64,000 nt of DNA from Eledone cirrhosa (GCA_964016885.1 OZ024742.1:368466001-368530000), one strand, 5' to 3'. Positions 32,311 through 43,221 are shown, counted from the stretch's first letter. The notes: a model not told the origin generated them from the sequence alone. Translations and numbers: made by a program.

Positions 32311-33388
32311 GAAAAATGCGTACAGCAAAAAAATATAATATTGTTGGAATATAAACCTTTAAAAATACAGGACAAGAAACTAAAATAAAACTTTAAAAGA
32401 ATAGGACAAGAAACTAAGATAAAACTTTAAAAGAATAGGACAAAAAACTAAGATAAAACTTTAAAGAATTGGATAAGAAATAAAAAATTTTACAATAATA
32501 TTAGTGGCAAAATTTTTATTGGTAAAAAATCGAGTTCCACATTCATAGGCTCTGGGTTCCACATTCAGAGGTCGTCGTCAGACCGGGGGATCATTTTATC
32601 CTGGTTTGAACACCAATTGGGCCATAACCATACCCCTATTTCATCATTCGGCGACACGCCTCATGTGTCATGCATAATGTGAATGGACCCATGGGCCCAT
32701 GAGCACAGATCTTGAGCAGCAGCGGACGGTCTTGTCATCCCGCTCATCCTTGATCTTGACCAACCCGTCCATCTTCTCCTTGCATCTTGTCCTTGAGTTC
32801 AAGTCCGGCAGTCTAGATGAATGCGTGCCACAGCTTTCTGGTACAGGAAGGGGGAGCAGGAGGACTGGAGGGATGACGGGACAGAGGTAGGGAGGACCGG
32901 TGGTTGAGGGAGGTGCCGTAGTCGGTGGTCAGAGTCGACATCTTGTCCCGGTCGTCTTCTCCATCTTCGTCTGGTGTTGCGGGACCAGAAGTGCATTCTT
33001 GGAGGAGACCTGCAGCTGCATCGGCCAATTCTTCTTGCAATGGTCATTCTGACGGAGCAGAACTGCTCAGCCAACCAACCCCAACCAGAACCAACCGCTC
33101 AGGGGCAACGCACAATGAGAGCATGACAATTATTATGCACTAATCAAGAAGATACTGGAGCATAGCACAGGAAACGAATAAAAAAATGTTGTCACTAATA
33201 TTATTGTAAAATTTTTTATTTCTTGTCCAATTCTTTAAAGTTTTATCTTAGTTTCTTGTCCTATTCTTTTAAAGTTTTATCTTAGTTTCTTGTCCTATTC
33301 TTTTAAAGTTTTATTTTAGTTTCTTGTCCTGTATTTTTAAAGGTTTATATTCCAACAATATTACTTTTTTTTGCTGTACGCATTTTTC
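32311..33388. repeat. Fold-back element: ~210-bp inverted repeats (32311-32521 / 33177-33388), each with ~34-bp subrepeats, enclosing a GC-rich spacer
   Basis: The arms are reverse complements. The subrepeat ggacaagaaactaagataaaactttaaaagaata occurs 3-4 times per arm. Confidence 0.9.
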
Positions 33389-34209
33389 TATCTGGTCTAC
33401 TATTTTTTAAGGCAATGCAAGCAACAACTATCTAATAATTAAATTATCATAGTGAATTACTGACAAGTGATTGACATTTTAAAGTTCTTTTGAGTATAAT
33501 TGCAATCTAGTTGAGGCAACTGGCTTAATGACAAAGCTAGTAAATCATGAATGCATTTGAGATGATTAGTGCATAAAAGTGAATTGGTGAAACTTGTGCA
33601 TTTCAATGGTGTTACAACAATAGATGTAAGTTATATAGTAGTAATACTTTATCATTTTAACTTTTTAGAATGGACAAAAACCCATGCAAATAAATTACTT
33701 TGACTGCAGTGGTTCTCTCCAATTTACTTACAAAGCAAAACGTGGTCAAATACTTTATCATCTCTGATAAAATGCCCATTGAATCACATTGAATCGGATG
33801 CATGGAATTCCTCATAAAATGCACCTATGAATCGGAAGCCATCACATATATCAATGGATATAGGGAGTTGTTCACACTGGAAGACCATCACTTCATTTGT
33901 GACTTCATCAGTTATCTCCACAATTGTCTCAGACACCCAATGCCATTGATGAGAGGTGATCCAATGTGTGAGCATGTAACTAATCTTATAGAAGTTGTTA
34001 TCGACCACCTAGCTTTTAGTGACATTTGACTGATTTGACTGATAATGATGTATTTTTAAAAAGTATGTGTACATTCTTGTTACTATTTTAAGGCAATGCA
34101 AGCAAGAACTATTTAATAAAATTTAAATTTAAAAATGACCATTGTGCATTACTAGTATGATGACATTTTATTAAGTCACAAAATTAGTCAGTCAGCCATA
34201 GAACAAGGA

Positions 34210-34963
34210 TCAGGTGGCAAAAACATTGGCAAAAATTTGTGTCAATTTAAGATTTCCAACATTGTTCAAATGAATCATATCTGGTTTGAAGTCAGATTTG
34301 TCAAATTTTGACCAATTTTCAATGTTGTGAAGATTGGGTAAGTTCAATTTTTGAATCATTTCTTTCATGCAGTAATTAAACTTTTCCAAACGAGAATTTC
34401 TCTTGCCCAAGTCATTTTTATTTTCAATTACACTTTGTGGACGTGGAATGACACCACTGTAGAAAATGGGTGTACAGTGGTGCTTTTCCGCTATTTTCTG
34501 TAGCCTTGCAAAGAGACTCTTCCCCTGTTTTTCCGGTTTTGTGCCTCGAATGGGCACTTTGTCCTTAATTTACAAATAAATGATTAATAAAAAATACTTG
34601 GGCAAAAATGATTGTATTACTTTGCACAGCTTTGTAGTGCCAACGATGCGACGAGTATTCAGATCATTAGAGCCGAAATGAACCACCAATACTTTCACAA
34701 AAGGACAACAGATAACAATGTTGGCGATTAACATTACCTGGCCCTGACGGGCCCCAGGTATACAAAATATCTAAGTATTTTTGTTGGTATGATAAGTAAA
34801 TACATTTGAATTAATATTTTTATACCTTCTGATCATTCGATTTCGCCACATTTCTAATTATGGATTTGTAAAAACTGGCATGAATGTGAATTTGATCAGT
34901 CCAATTGCCCGATTTTAGTGAAAAGTTTTGATTCGAAATGGAAATACTCCATTTCCGTGCCAT
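34210..34963 (-). CDS. Three-exon SGNH/GDSL-type hydrolase (esterase), 213 aa; exons 34963-34826, 34770-34621, 34563-34210
   Basis: Manual splicing at two phase-0 GT-AG introns (55 and 57 nt) gives an open frame from ATG to stop. The SGNH blocks are in order: (YK)SIIRNV, FCIPGAR, VVHFGSNDL, IFYSGVIPRP, DMIHLNNVG. Confidence 0.75.
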
Positions 34964-36199
34964 GGAAAAAATGAATAAGCCGATCAAAAGCCGCGAAACA
35001 TCATTTTTAATTAAGCGAAATTAGTGGATGCAAATCTCAGAAAATATTGTACACTATTCGCACCTATCGCACTATTCGCACCTATCGGTACAAAAATATA
35101 GCGCACTATTCGCACCTATCGGTACAAAAAATCGCACGACTCTTAATAATACTAGAAGTGCAAACTATCTGTTGAATACCTGGTATATGAAGAGCAACCG
35201 ATACGATCGGTCGGCGATCGGTCTTGAAGAAGAATGAAGAATGAAGTGAAATTTTGGTCTGGTTGTTGTCATCGGTGTTTCGCAGAGATGCCGGCACGAA
35301 TAAAGGTGTCAGTGACACAAAGTTGTCCGCTTGAACAAAGGTGTCGGTCCGACAAAGGTGTCAGTCAGACAGACAGTCAGACAGTGTCACAGTCGGTGCG
35401 ACAAAGCGATCGATGCGATAAAAAATGTTTAACTCACATGTTTACCTATATTTTCGCAACTATTGATAGATTGGTACAAAAAATAGCTTTGATAATAAAC
35501 ATAAATTTTTAACGAAGTATTTAAAAAGCATTTTAGCAGTGAAAAGTGAAGTAATGTTTCACACTGACGCAAGTAGGGCCGTTCAGAAATGACGTAGTCA
35601 ATTAGGAGGAGGGGATTCGGCGATTTGACTACATTTGACTAACGTAATCACACTCACAAGAGTTCCGCCGAAAAAAATTCGTCATTTCTGGATTACCTCC
35701 CCTAGCGTCACGCTTACTACTCACTCACTTGAACACAAGATTTATCAGCAAACTTTGATTATAAACTTTTTCCCGCTGGACCAAATTTCTAGATTTTTAA
35801 GCCAAAAGATGCGTAATGATCTACTGTTCATGCTCATATAAGTTTTATCTCAGTTAAATAAAGTAGAGCCGCGCTGTACTGTCGTAAACAGACGATTGCC
35901 AACGAAAACACGACCACAACAATATTACTAAACGGACTACCGTCCGTTTAGGATGAAATAAATATGTTTTATAAATATAGTTTCCATTTGTTAATATCGT
36001 ATATCTACTCCAAATATTTGTCGAGTGCTTTATATCAGTTATAAAAATATTTACTTGCTGTATCCCAACAATTTAAATAGAACTTTTGCATATATATATA
36101 TATATATATAATATATATATATAAAGGAACGATCGACTTTCGTCAAATCGGACCGAGGAAACAATGCTTCCGTTGGTTATTCCAATTGCTAATACTATC

Positions 36200-36345
36200 T
36201 ATCGGTCGCAACTCCAGGTAAAAGGAGCAACATGAAGTAAAGTGTCTTGCTCGGGGACATAACGCATCGCCCGGTCCGGGAATCGAACTCACAACCTCAC
36301 GATTGCGAATTCAGTTCTCTAACCACTGAGCCACGCGCCTTCACA
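36200..36345 (-). mobile_element. tRNA-derived SINE (family A)
   Basis: The minus strand has tggctcagtggttagag (A box) and gagttcgattccc (B box), then gagcaagacactttacttcatgttgctcc. Confidence 0.8.
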
Positions 36346-36480
36346 TAAGACGTCGGATGGAAAGCTTTACCGTATTTGTCCCACCTAATTGCGCGCTCTG
36401 AATTCAAATCCCGCCGAGGTCAACTTTGCCTTTCATCTTTTCGAGGTCGATAACAAAAGTCCAGTACTGGGGTCGATTCT
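36345..36480 (+). mobile_element. tRNA-derived SINE (family B) fragment
   Basis: ttcaaatcccgccgaggtcaactttgcctttcatc. Confidence 0.75.
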
Positions 36481-36649
36481 TCCTCTATAGAAAAAATCTG
36501 CTGTGTTCAGACCTGGAGAGGGTTGGGCTCCACCAGGTTTAAATGTGCCCTGGACACGCCGTATGACGGGGCCTCTACGATTCCACAAGGAGTTATGGGT
36601 TCTTTATCCTTTATCCTATACACAGAGAGAGGAAGAGAGAGAGAGAGAG

Positions 36650-36741
<92 letters not shown>

Positions 36742-37359
36742 TGAGAGAAATTAGTTATTTGTAGAGATAAACATGAAATTAATTAAATAAATAAAAATAA
36801 ATCCTTGCTAATTGATAGAATAACCGATCCCGATATCGAACGATGTAAATTATTTAAGCAAATCCATACGTAAGATCCCCAAAATTACTATTTACAATAT
36901 AACTTTTAAAACTTGTTGAAAACATCGAACATTCTCTTTTTGTACGAATATTTCTATAATATATATTTTTATATACATACATTTTTATATACATACATAC
37001 TTGGATGTAAGTATATGGCAGACAAGAAAATAGACAAACAGACAGATAAATGGCTATATAAGTAGATGGAATGTTTCTATATAAGGAATGTGAACAGTTG
37101 AGGAAAGAAGTTAATAATGAAATACTTCATATTCCTTTAAGATTATTTACAAGTTAGCAATAATTGCTTGTTGAAACTGATTCTAAAGTTTACTGGAAGC
37201 TTTCGGGATATTTATGGAGATGTAGCTTCGAAGGTTCGGCTTTAAGTAGACAGGGATGTTGGTACTCCGTCGCTACAATGAAGAGTATTCCAGCTGTTTG
37301 ATCACTGAAACAGCGGGCTATTGACATCAACGTATAAGTAGCTGAGCATTTCACAGATA

Positions 37360-37555
37360 TGTACATCCTCTACCCCTGGACAGGACGCCAGTCCATTGCA
37401 GGGTTAAACTCTCGGCTATTGCATTTTCAGCTGAGTATACTGGAACAACTTAAAATAAGGTGTTTTGCTGAAGAACACAACACACAACCCAGCCCAGATA
37501 TCGACCCCACGATCGTAAGTCCAACACTCTTGCTACTAGGCCACGTGCCTCCACT
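37360..37555 (-). mobile_element. tRNA-derived SINE (family A)
   Basis: cccctggacaggacgccagtccat...tactggaacaac...ccacgtgcctcc matches 17985-18212 and 21288. Confidence 0.75.
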
Positions 37556-37594
37556 TCTAGGCAATGAAAAATATATATGTAATTCACCAACTTC

Positions 37595-37735
37595 CCGTAG
37601 CCTTGTCACACACTGTGCCACGTTGAACCTGGCTGAGAACTCCACGGAATACTCAGCCAATTGCAAGTTAATGTTATGAACAGGCTGTTCCGTTGAACGA
37701 ACAACTGGATCATTGGTCAGTAAAACCAACGGAAG
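37595..37735 (+). repeat. Dispersed repeat (SINE 3' part); further copies at 37262-37357 (-), 38295-38460 (+) and 40460-40520 (+)
   Basis: Shared ctgagaa.t.c...gg..t.ctcagcca.tt...gttaat...ctg.tc.gttga.cgaacaactgga motif. Confidence 0.6.
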
Positions 37736-37813
37736 TACAACACATTTTTCCAGGATGTCTTACAAATGTCAAATTAACATATGGCTTTGTAATCATTAGG
37801 TCCTAGGTTTGAT

Positions 37814-38222
37814 CCCGCTAGATGGCGGGCAAGTGTCATTCTATCACGGTAGATGGCGGGCAAGTGTCATTCTATCTCGCTAGGGAGCGGGAAAGTGTCA
37901 TTCTATCCGGCTAGATGTCGGGCAAGTGTCATTCTATCCCGCTAGATGGTGGGCAAGTGTCATTCTATCCCGCTAGGGGGCGAGCAAGTGTCATTCTATC
38001 CCGCTAGATGGCGGGCAAGTGTCATTCTATCCCGCTAGGGAGCGGGAAAGTGTCATTCTATCCGGCTAGATGTCGGGCAAGTGTCATTCTATCCCGCTAG
38101 ATGGTGGGCAAGTGTCATTCTATCCCGCTAGATGGCGGGAAAGTCTCATTCTATACCGCAGGGTGACATCTTGAGCAAGTGTCATTCTATCCCGCTAGGT
38201 GCTGGGCTAATGTCATTACTAT
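37814..38222 (+). repeat. 31-bp minisatellite (CCCGCTAGATGGCGGGCAAGTGTCATTCTAT), ~13 copies, inside a SINE
   Basis: Period 31. It starts right at a B-box-like ggtttgatccc and contains CORE-like gggcaagtgtc. Confidence 0.9.
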
Positions 38223-38824
38223 AGCGCCACCTGTTGACCCAGAATGAAGCAGGGTAGATATAAACTGTTTGGAATCAATTAGATGAATATCTGTAATTCA
38301 AAGACATAGCTTTGTCAAACATTGTTACACCGAATCTCCCTGAGAATTACGTTAAGAGTACACCTGCCTGTGGACTGTTCAGCCAATTACATTAATTTCG
38401 GGAGAAGCCTGATCAGTTGATCGAACAACTGGAACACGCATCGTCAAAACCGACGGAGATCCATTCGAGTCCATTAAATATCTAAATCTTTGTGAACATT
38501 TCCAATTGTCATATTGGAAGTATCGATAAGCAAGTTGGAGCTATTGAAATTCAGATCAAAGGGAATTAGAAGTTAGTAAAGTTAATGATTAGCCAACAGT
38601 AGTCACGTGATTAATAAAAATCGATTGTTAAAGAATATTTGTTTTATTGTTGACCTGTGTAACGTTCATTCACAACAAACTACATATTGTTCTTTAGTTT
38701 TACATTTCTCACTTCAGAGAAACAAACCGGTTGGCTTAAGAAGCATTGGAACATTTGAAATATGAAATGTTGTTATCCCAACGAAAATGACCATATTAGT
38801 TATATAGCAAGGAGGGTAACTCTC

Positions 38825-39612
38825 CAAATATCGGTCGCTCTTTGACAGGTTTGCGGTCGAGACCGTATCTGTGGAGACTTCCGGTGTCTTTGGCCCTAGA
38901 ACCACCTCCCTACTCACCACCATCGACGTCTGGTGTCCTTGGCCCTAGGACCACCTCCCAACTCACCACCATCGACCTCTCCTTGGCCCAAGGACCACCT
39001 CCCAACTCACCACCATCGACCTCTCCTTGGCCCAAGGACCACCTCCCAACTCACCACCATGGACTTCTCCTTGGCTCTAGGACCACCTCCCAACTCACCA
39101 CCATCGACCTCTCCTTGGCCCTAGGACCACCTCCCAACTCACCACCATCGACCTCTCCTTGGCCCTAGGACCACCTCCCAACTCACCACCATCGTCCTCT
39201 CCTTGGCCCTAGGACCACCTCCCAACTCACCACCATCGACCTCTCCTTGGCCCTAGGACCACCTCCCAACTCACCACCATCGACCTCTCCTTGGCCCTAG
39301 GACCACCTCCCAACTCACCACCATCGACCTCTCCTTGGCCCTAGGACCACCTCCCAACTCACCACCATCGACCTCTCCTTGGCCCTAGGACCACCTCCCA
39401 ACTCACCACCATCGACCTCTCCTTGGCCCTAGGACCACCTCCCAACTCACCACCATCGACATGGAGGTGGCTACCGGCAGGTGTGAGCCTCGCCAGCTGG
39501 AATGGCTCTTCCAACACCTCCCACTCACCATCCTCCGGAGAAACGCCTTCTCTGTTCTGCCCACCGGGGCCTCGGTGTGGCCAGCGCATGGGACCCCATC
39601 TCCTTATAATAA
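38825..39612 (+). pseudogene. 3' fragment of a CRE-like non-LTR retrotransposon (C-terminus of the restriction-like endonuclease region)
   Basis: Translation KYRSLFDRFAVETVSVETSGVFGPRTTSLL...EPRQLEWLFQHLPLTILRRNAFSVL resembles the VETxGxxGP...FQRLSLAIQRGNAxSIL C-terminus of CRE-clade elements. Ends in TAATAA. Confidence 0.65.
38885..39460 (+). repeat. 44-bp minisatellite (CTCCTTGGCCCTAGGACCACCTCCCAACTCACCACCATCGACCT), ~13 copies
   Basis: Period 44 is directly visible. Confidence 0.93.
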
Positions 39613-40021
39613 TGAGAGATGGGGAGAGCGAGAGAATAGAGGCAGTGAGTGAAAGAGGGAGATGGGGAGAGTGAGAGAGACAGAGGGGGTGAGTGAAGGA
39701 GAGAGGTGGGGAGAGTGAGAGAGACAGAGGCAGTGAGTGAAAGAGATAGAGTGAGAGAGACAGAGGCAATGAGTGAAAGAGAGAGGTGGGGAGAGAAGAG
39801 TGATTGAGGCAGTAGTATTATTAACGGTTAAGTGGTTTATCTTCTCATATGTTGAAAGCTAAACAATAGCTGAGAAAATGGGATAAATGACCCCAGGAGA
39901 CAGAGGCACCTGCAACAAAATAAACTCCACAGATTTCGGAGGCTCCTCTATCCTGGTTTTCGATCTCCAGGGGTTACGTTACCCAATTTTCTCATATTAT
40001 TTTTAGTGGTTGCTTGTAGTA

Positions 40022-40212
40022 AGGCGGTGGATTGGCAGTATCGGTAGAGGGTCAGACGCCATGCTTTGGCACATAGAGTTACGGCGCTTGCCATTCTGAG
40101 TTCAAATCCCGCCGAGGTTAACTTTGCCTTTCATCCTTACGGGGTCGATAAAATAAAGTACCAGTAATGCACTGGGTAATTGCTGGTCTTGTGCCAAAAA
40201 AGTAGAAACAAT
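40022..40212 (+). mobile_element. tRNA-derived SINE (family B), full length
   Basis: ggcggtggattggcagtatcggtagag...gagttcaaatcccgccgagg...gtagaaac. Confidence 0.85.
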
Positions 40213-40219
40213 TATTTTT

Positions 40220-40425
40220 AGTGGTTGCCAATATCGGTAGAGCGTCGGATGACATGCTTTGCGGCATATAGATACGTCCCTTCACGTTCAAATCCCGCTG
40301 AGGTTATATTTGCCTTTCTTCCTTACGAGATCGATAAAATAAAGTACCGGTAATGCACTAGAGTCGATTCCATCAACTTCTGCCTCCTTTCAAATTGCTG
40401 GTCTTGTGCCTAAAATAGAAACCTT
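40220..40425 (+). mobile_element. tRNA-derived SINE (family B)
   Basis: Adjacent diverged copy. Confidence 0.8.
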
Positions 40426-40529
40426 TATATACATCTGTAATAAAAAAAGGTTCAACCATGCTGGATCTCCCTGAGAATAACATTAAGGGTTCACATGTCT
40501 GTGGAATGCTCATCCCTATTAATGTAATT

Positions 40530-40700
40530 GTTTCTACGTTTGGCACAAGGCCAGAAATTATCCCAGTGTATTACTGGTACTTTATTTTATTAACCCTGTA
40601 AGGATGAAAGGCAAAGTTAACCTCGGCGAGATTTGAACTCAGATCATAAAGGGTTGTAACTCTTTGCTGCAAAGCATGGCATCCAACCCTCTACCGATAC
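40530..40700 (-). mobile_element. tRNA-derived SINE (family B)
   Basis: Close match to 18345-18522. Confidence 0.8.
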
Positions 40701-41308
40701 ATCTTAATATAATAAACAGGCTGATCCATAATCATCGTCCATTTTCCACACTAGCATGGGTTAGGTGAGTTGTCCCGTCGTGAGACAACCAAGTCGGGGT
40801 AACATATTTTGCTCACATAGAACTAGTTTCGGCTTAGTTTCTACAACTAGATACCCTTCCTCACGCCAACCACATTCACAGTGTGGACTGGGTGCTTTTT
40901 CTCGTCTCACCAGCACGACCACTTTACTGTGTAGACTGGGTGCTTTTTGTGGTGACTCCTACACGACCACTTTACAGTGTCCGCTGGGCGGTTATTGTAA
41001 TAATATCAGATAGAACACAAGACAGTCATGTATGTAATATTGTTTAGAGAAGAAAGAATATGACAATTTATAATTTCCTCGCTACATTACACCAAAAATA
41101 TAATCCAAATCATCCTGAATCTTAATGTTTTGTTAATGTGATGCAGAAACTATAATGTTGATATGAAATAATGGCTTCCTGGATATACACTGGTGAATAA
41201 TGTGCATATAATTGATGTATATATATATATACATTATATATATATATATATTATATATAATAGATGTATATATAGAGAGCCTTGCAAGCAGGGAAAAGCG
41301 GACGTAAA

Positions 41309-41346
<38 letters not shown>

Positions 41347-41443
41347 ATTATATATATATATATATTATATATAATAGATGTATATATAGAGAGACTATAT
41401 ATATTATATATATATTATATATATATATATATTATATATATAT

Positions 41444-41576
<133 letters not shown>

Positions 41577-41779
41577 AATATATATATATATATATTATAT
41601 ATATATATATATATAATATGTTGAGAAGGTAACACACCAGAGAGAGATATATAGTGCGTTATCAATAATACAGGGAAAAAACCACCAGTGTATGGAATCT
41701 ATAACCTATGAAAGGCAGACTATAGACACGATAATTAAAAATATAAATTAAAGCGTAAATAAATACCTCTATAACTATA

Positions 41780-41864
41780 TTACACACGTACAAATCCAAA
41801 GATATGTTTCACCAAAAAATTTGTTGAAAGAAATGGTCTAGTCTCGGTTCATCAGCGTGTGTAA
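41780..41864 (-). ncRNA. Type I hammerhead ribozyme (left-arm copy)
   Basis: Stem I TTACACACG/CGTGTGTAA (9 bp), CTGATGA, stem II ACC/GGT, GAAA, stem III hairpin, GUA triplet. Confidence 0.75.
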
Positions 41865-42221
41865 GGCCATACATTTCAGACAACACTAAGAGAATTTTAC
41901 AATTGACTGTCCAGCTACACGTGGGAGAGAGAAGTCACAGCGTGTTTAAGGGCAGTGAACCAGTGGCTTCTGAGAGACGAACTGCTAGAAAGGGCAGCCC
42001 AAAGCCACTCAGAGAAGTGTGCTCAACCAAACAGAGAAAGGAAAGACTGTTATTAGGAGCGAAATATCACGATAAATTAACGGAGGCTGCCCTTTCTAGC
42101 AGTTCGTCTCTCAGAGGCCACTGGTTCACTGCCCTTAAACACGCTGTGACTTCTCTCTCCCACGTGTAGCTGGACAGTCAATTGTAAAATTCTCTTAGTG
42201 TTGTCTGAAATGTATGGCCTT

Positions 42222-42302
42222 ACACACGCTGATGAACCGAGACTAGACCATTTCTTTCAACAAATTTTTTGGTGAAACATATCTTTGGATTTGTACGTGT
42301 GT
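42222..42302 (+). ncRNA. Type I hammerhead ribozyme (right-arm copy)
   Basis: Stem I ACACACG/CGTGTGT, CTGATGA 42229-42235, stem II ACCGAGA/TTTTGGT with G-U pairs, GAAA 42274-42277, stem III ACATATC-tttg-GATTTGT, GTA 42293-42295. Confidence 0.75.
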
Positions 42303-42564
42303 TATATAGTTATAAAGGTATTTATTTACGCTTTAATTTATATTTTTAATTATCGTGTCTGTAGTCTGCCTTTCATAGGTTATAGATTCCATACACTGGT
42401 GGTTTTTTCCCTGTATTATTGATAACGCACTATATATCTCTCTCTGGTGTGTTACCTTCTCAACATATTATATTTTAAAGGGCTCAGGATCTCTTCCCCT
42501 TTGAGCACATTATTTACAGGGAATAACGACGGCCTATGCCTCCGTTAATTTATCGTGATATCGT

Positions 42565-42602
<38 letters not shown>

Positions 42603-42651
42603 AATATATTATATATATATATATAATATATATTATATAATATATATATAT

Positions 42652-42718
<67 letters not shown>

Positions 42719-42803
42719 ATATATATTATATATATATTATATATATATAATATATTATATATATATATAGTCTCTCTATATATACATCTATTATATATTA
42801 TAT

Positions 42804-42847
<44 letters not shown>

Positions 42848-42927
42848 ATTATATATATATATTATATATATATATTATATGTATATATTATATATATATA
42901 TTATATATATATATTATATATATATTA

Positions 42928-42996
<69 letters not shown>

Positions 42997-43190
42997 ATTG
43001 ATGTATATATAGAATAATTATCGTTTCTATATTTATTTCTTAGTTTTAATAATAATGAGACTATATATATATTTATACACATGGCATATATATAAATATA
43101 TATGTGTGTGTGTATGCATGTGTTTGCATATGTATATATATATGTATTTATTTACACGGTAGTGTACATATAAATGCGCGTGTGTGTGTC

Positions 43191-43221
<31 letters not shown>

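Larger units (their letters stand above)
41612..42562. mobile_element. Non-coding fold-back retroelement (Penelope pLTR-like): arms 41612-41999 / 42085-42472
   Basis: ~390-bp arms with about 3 differences. Spacer piece 42064-42087 is an inverted copy of the element tail 42538-42561. Inserted in (TA)n, with a hammerhead in each arm. Confidence 0.8.

Noticed and set aside
18778-39460. CRISPR-like appearance of the 31-44 bp repeats
   Set aside because: The units are contiguous with no unique spacers, there are no cas genes, and the context is eukaryotic.
41612-42472. Palindromes as pure assembly fold-back artefacts
   Set aside because: The arms carry substitutions and asymmetric junction pieces typical of real insertions, although read-level confirmation is still advisable.
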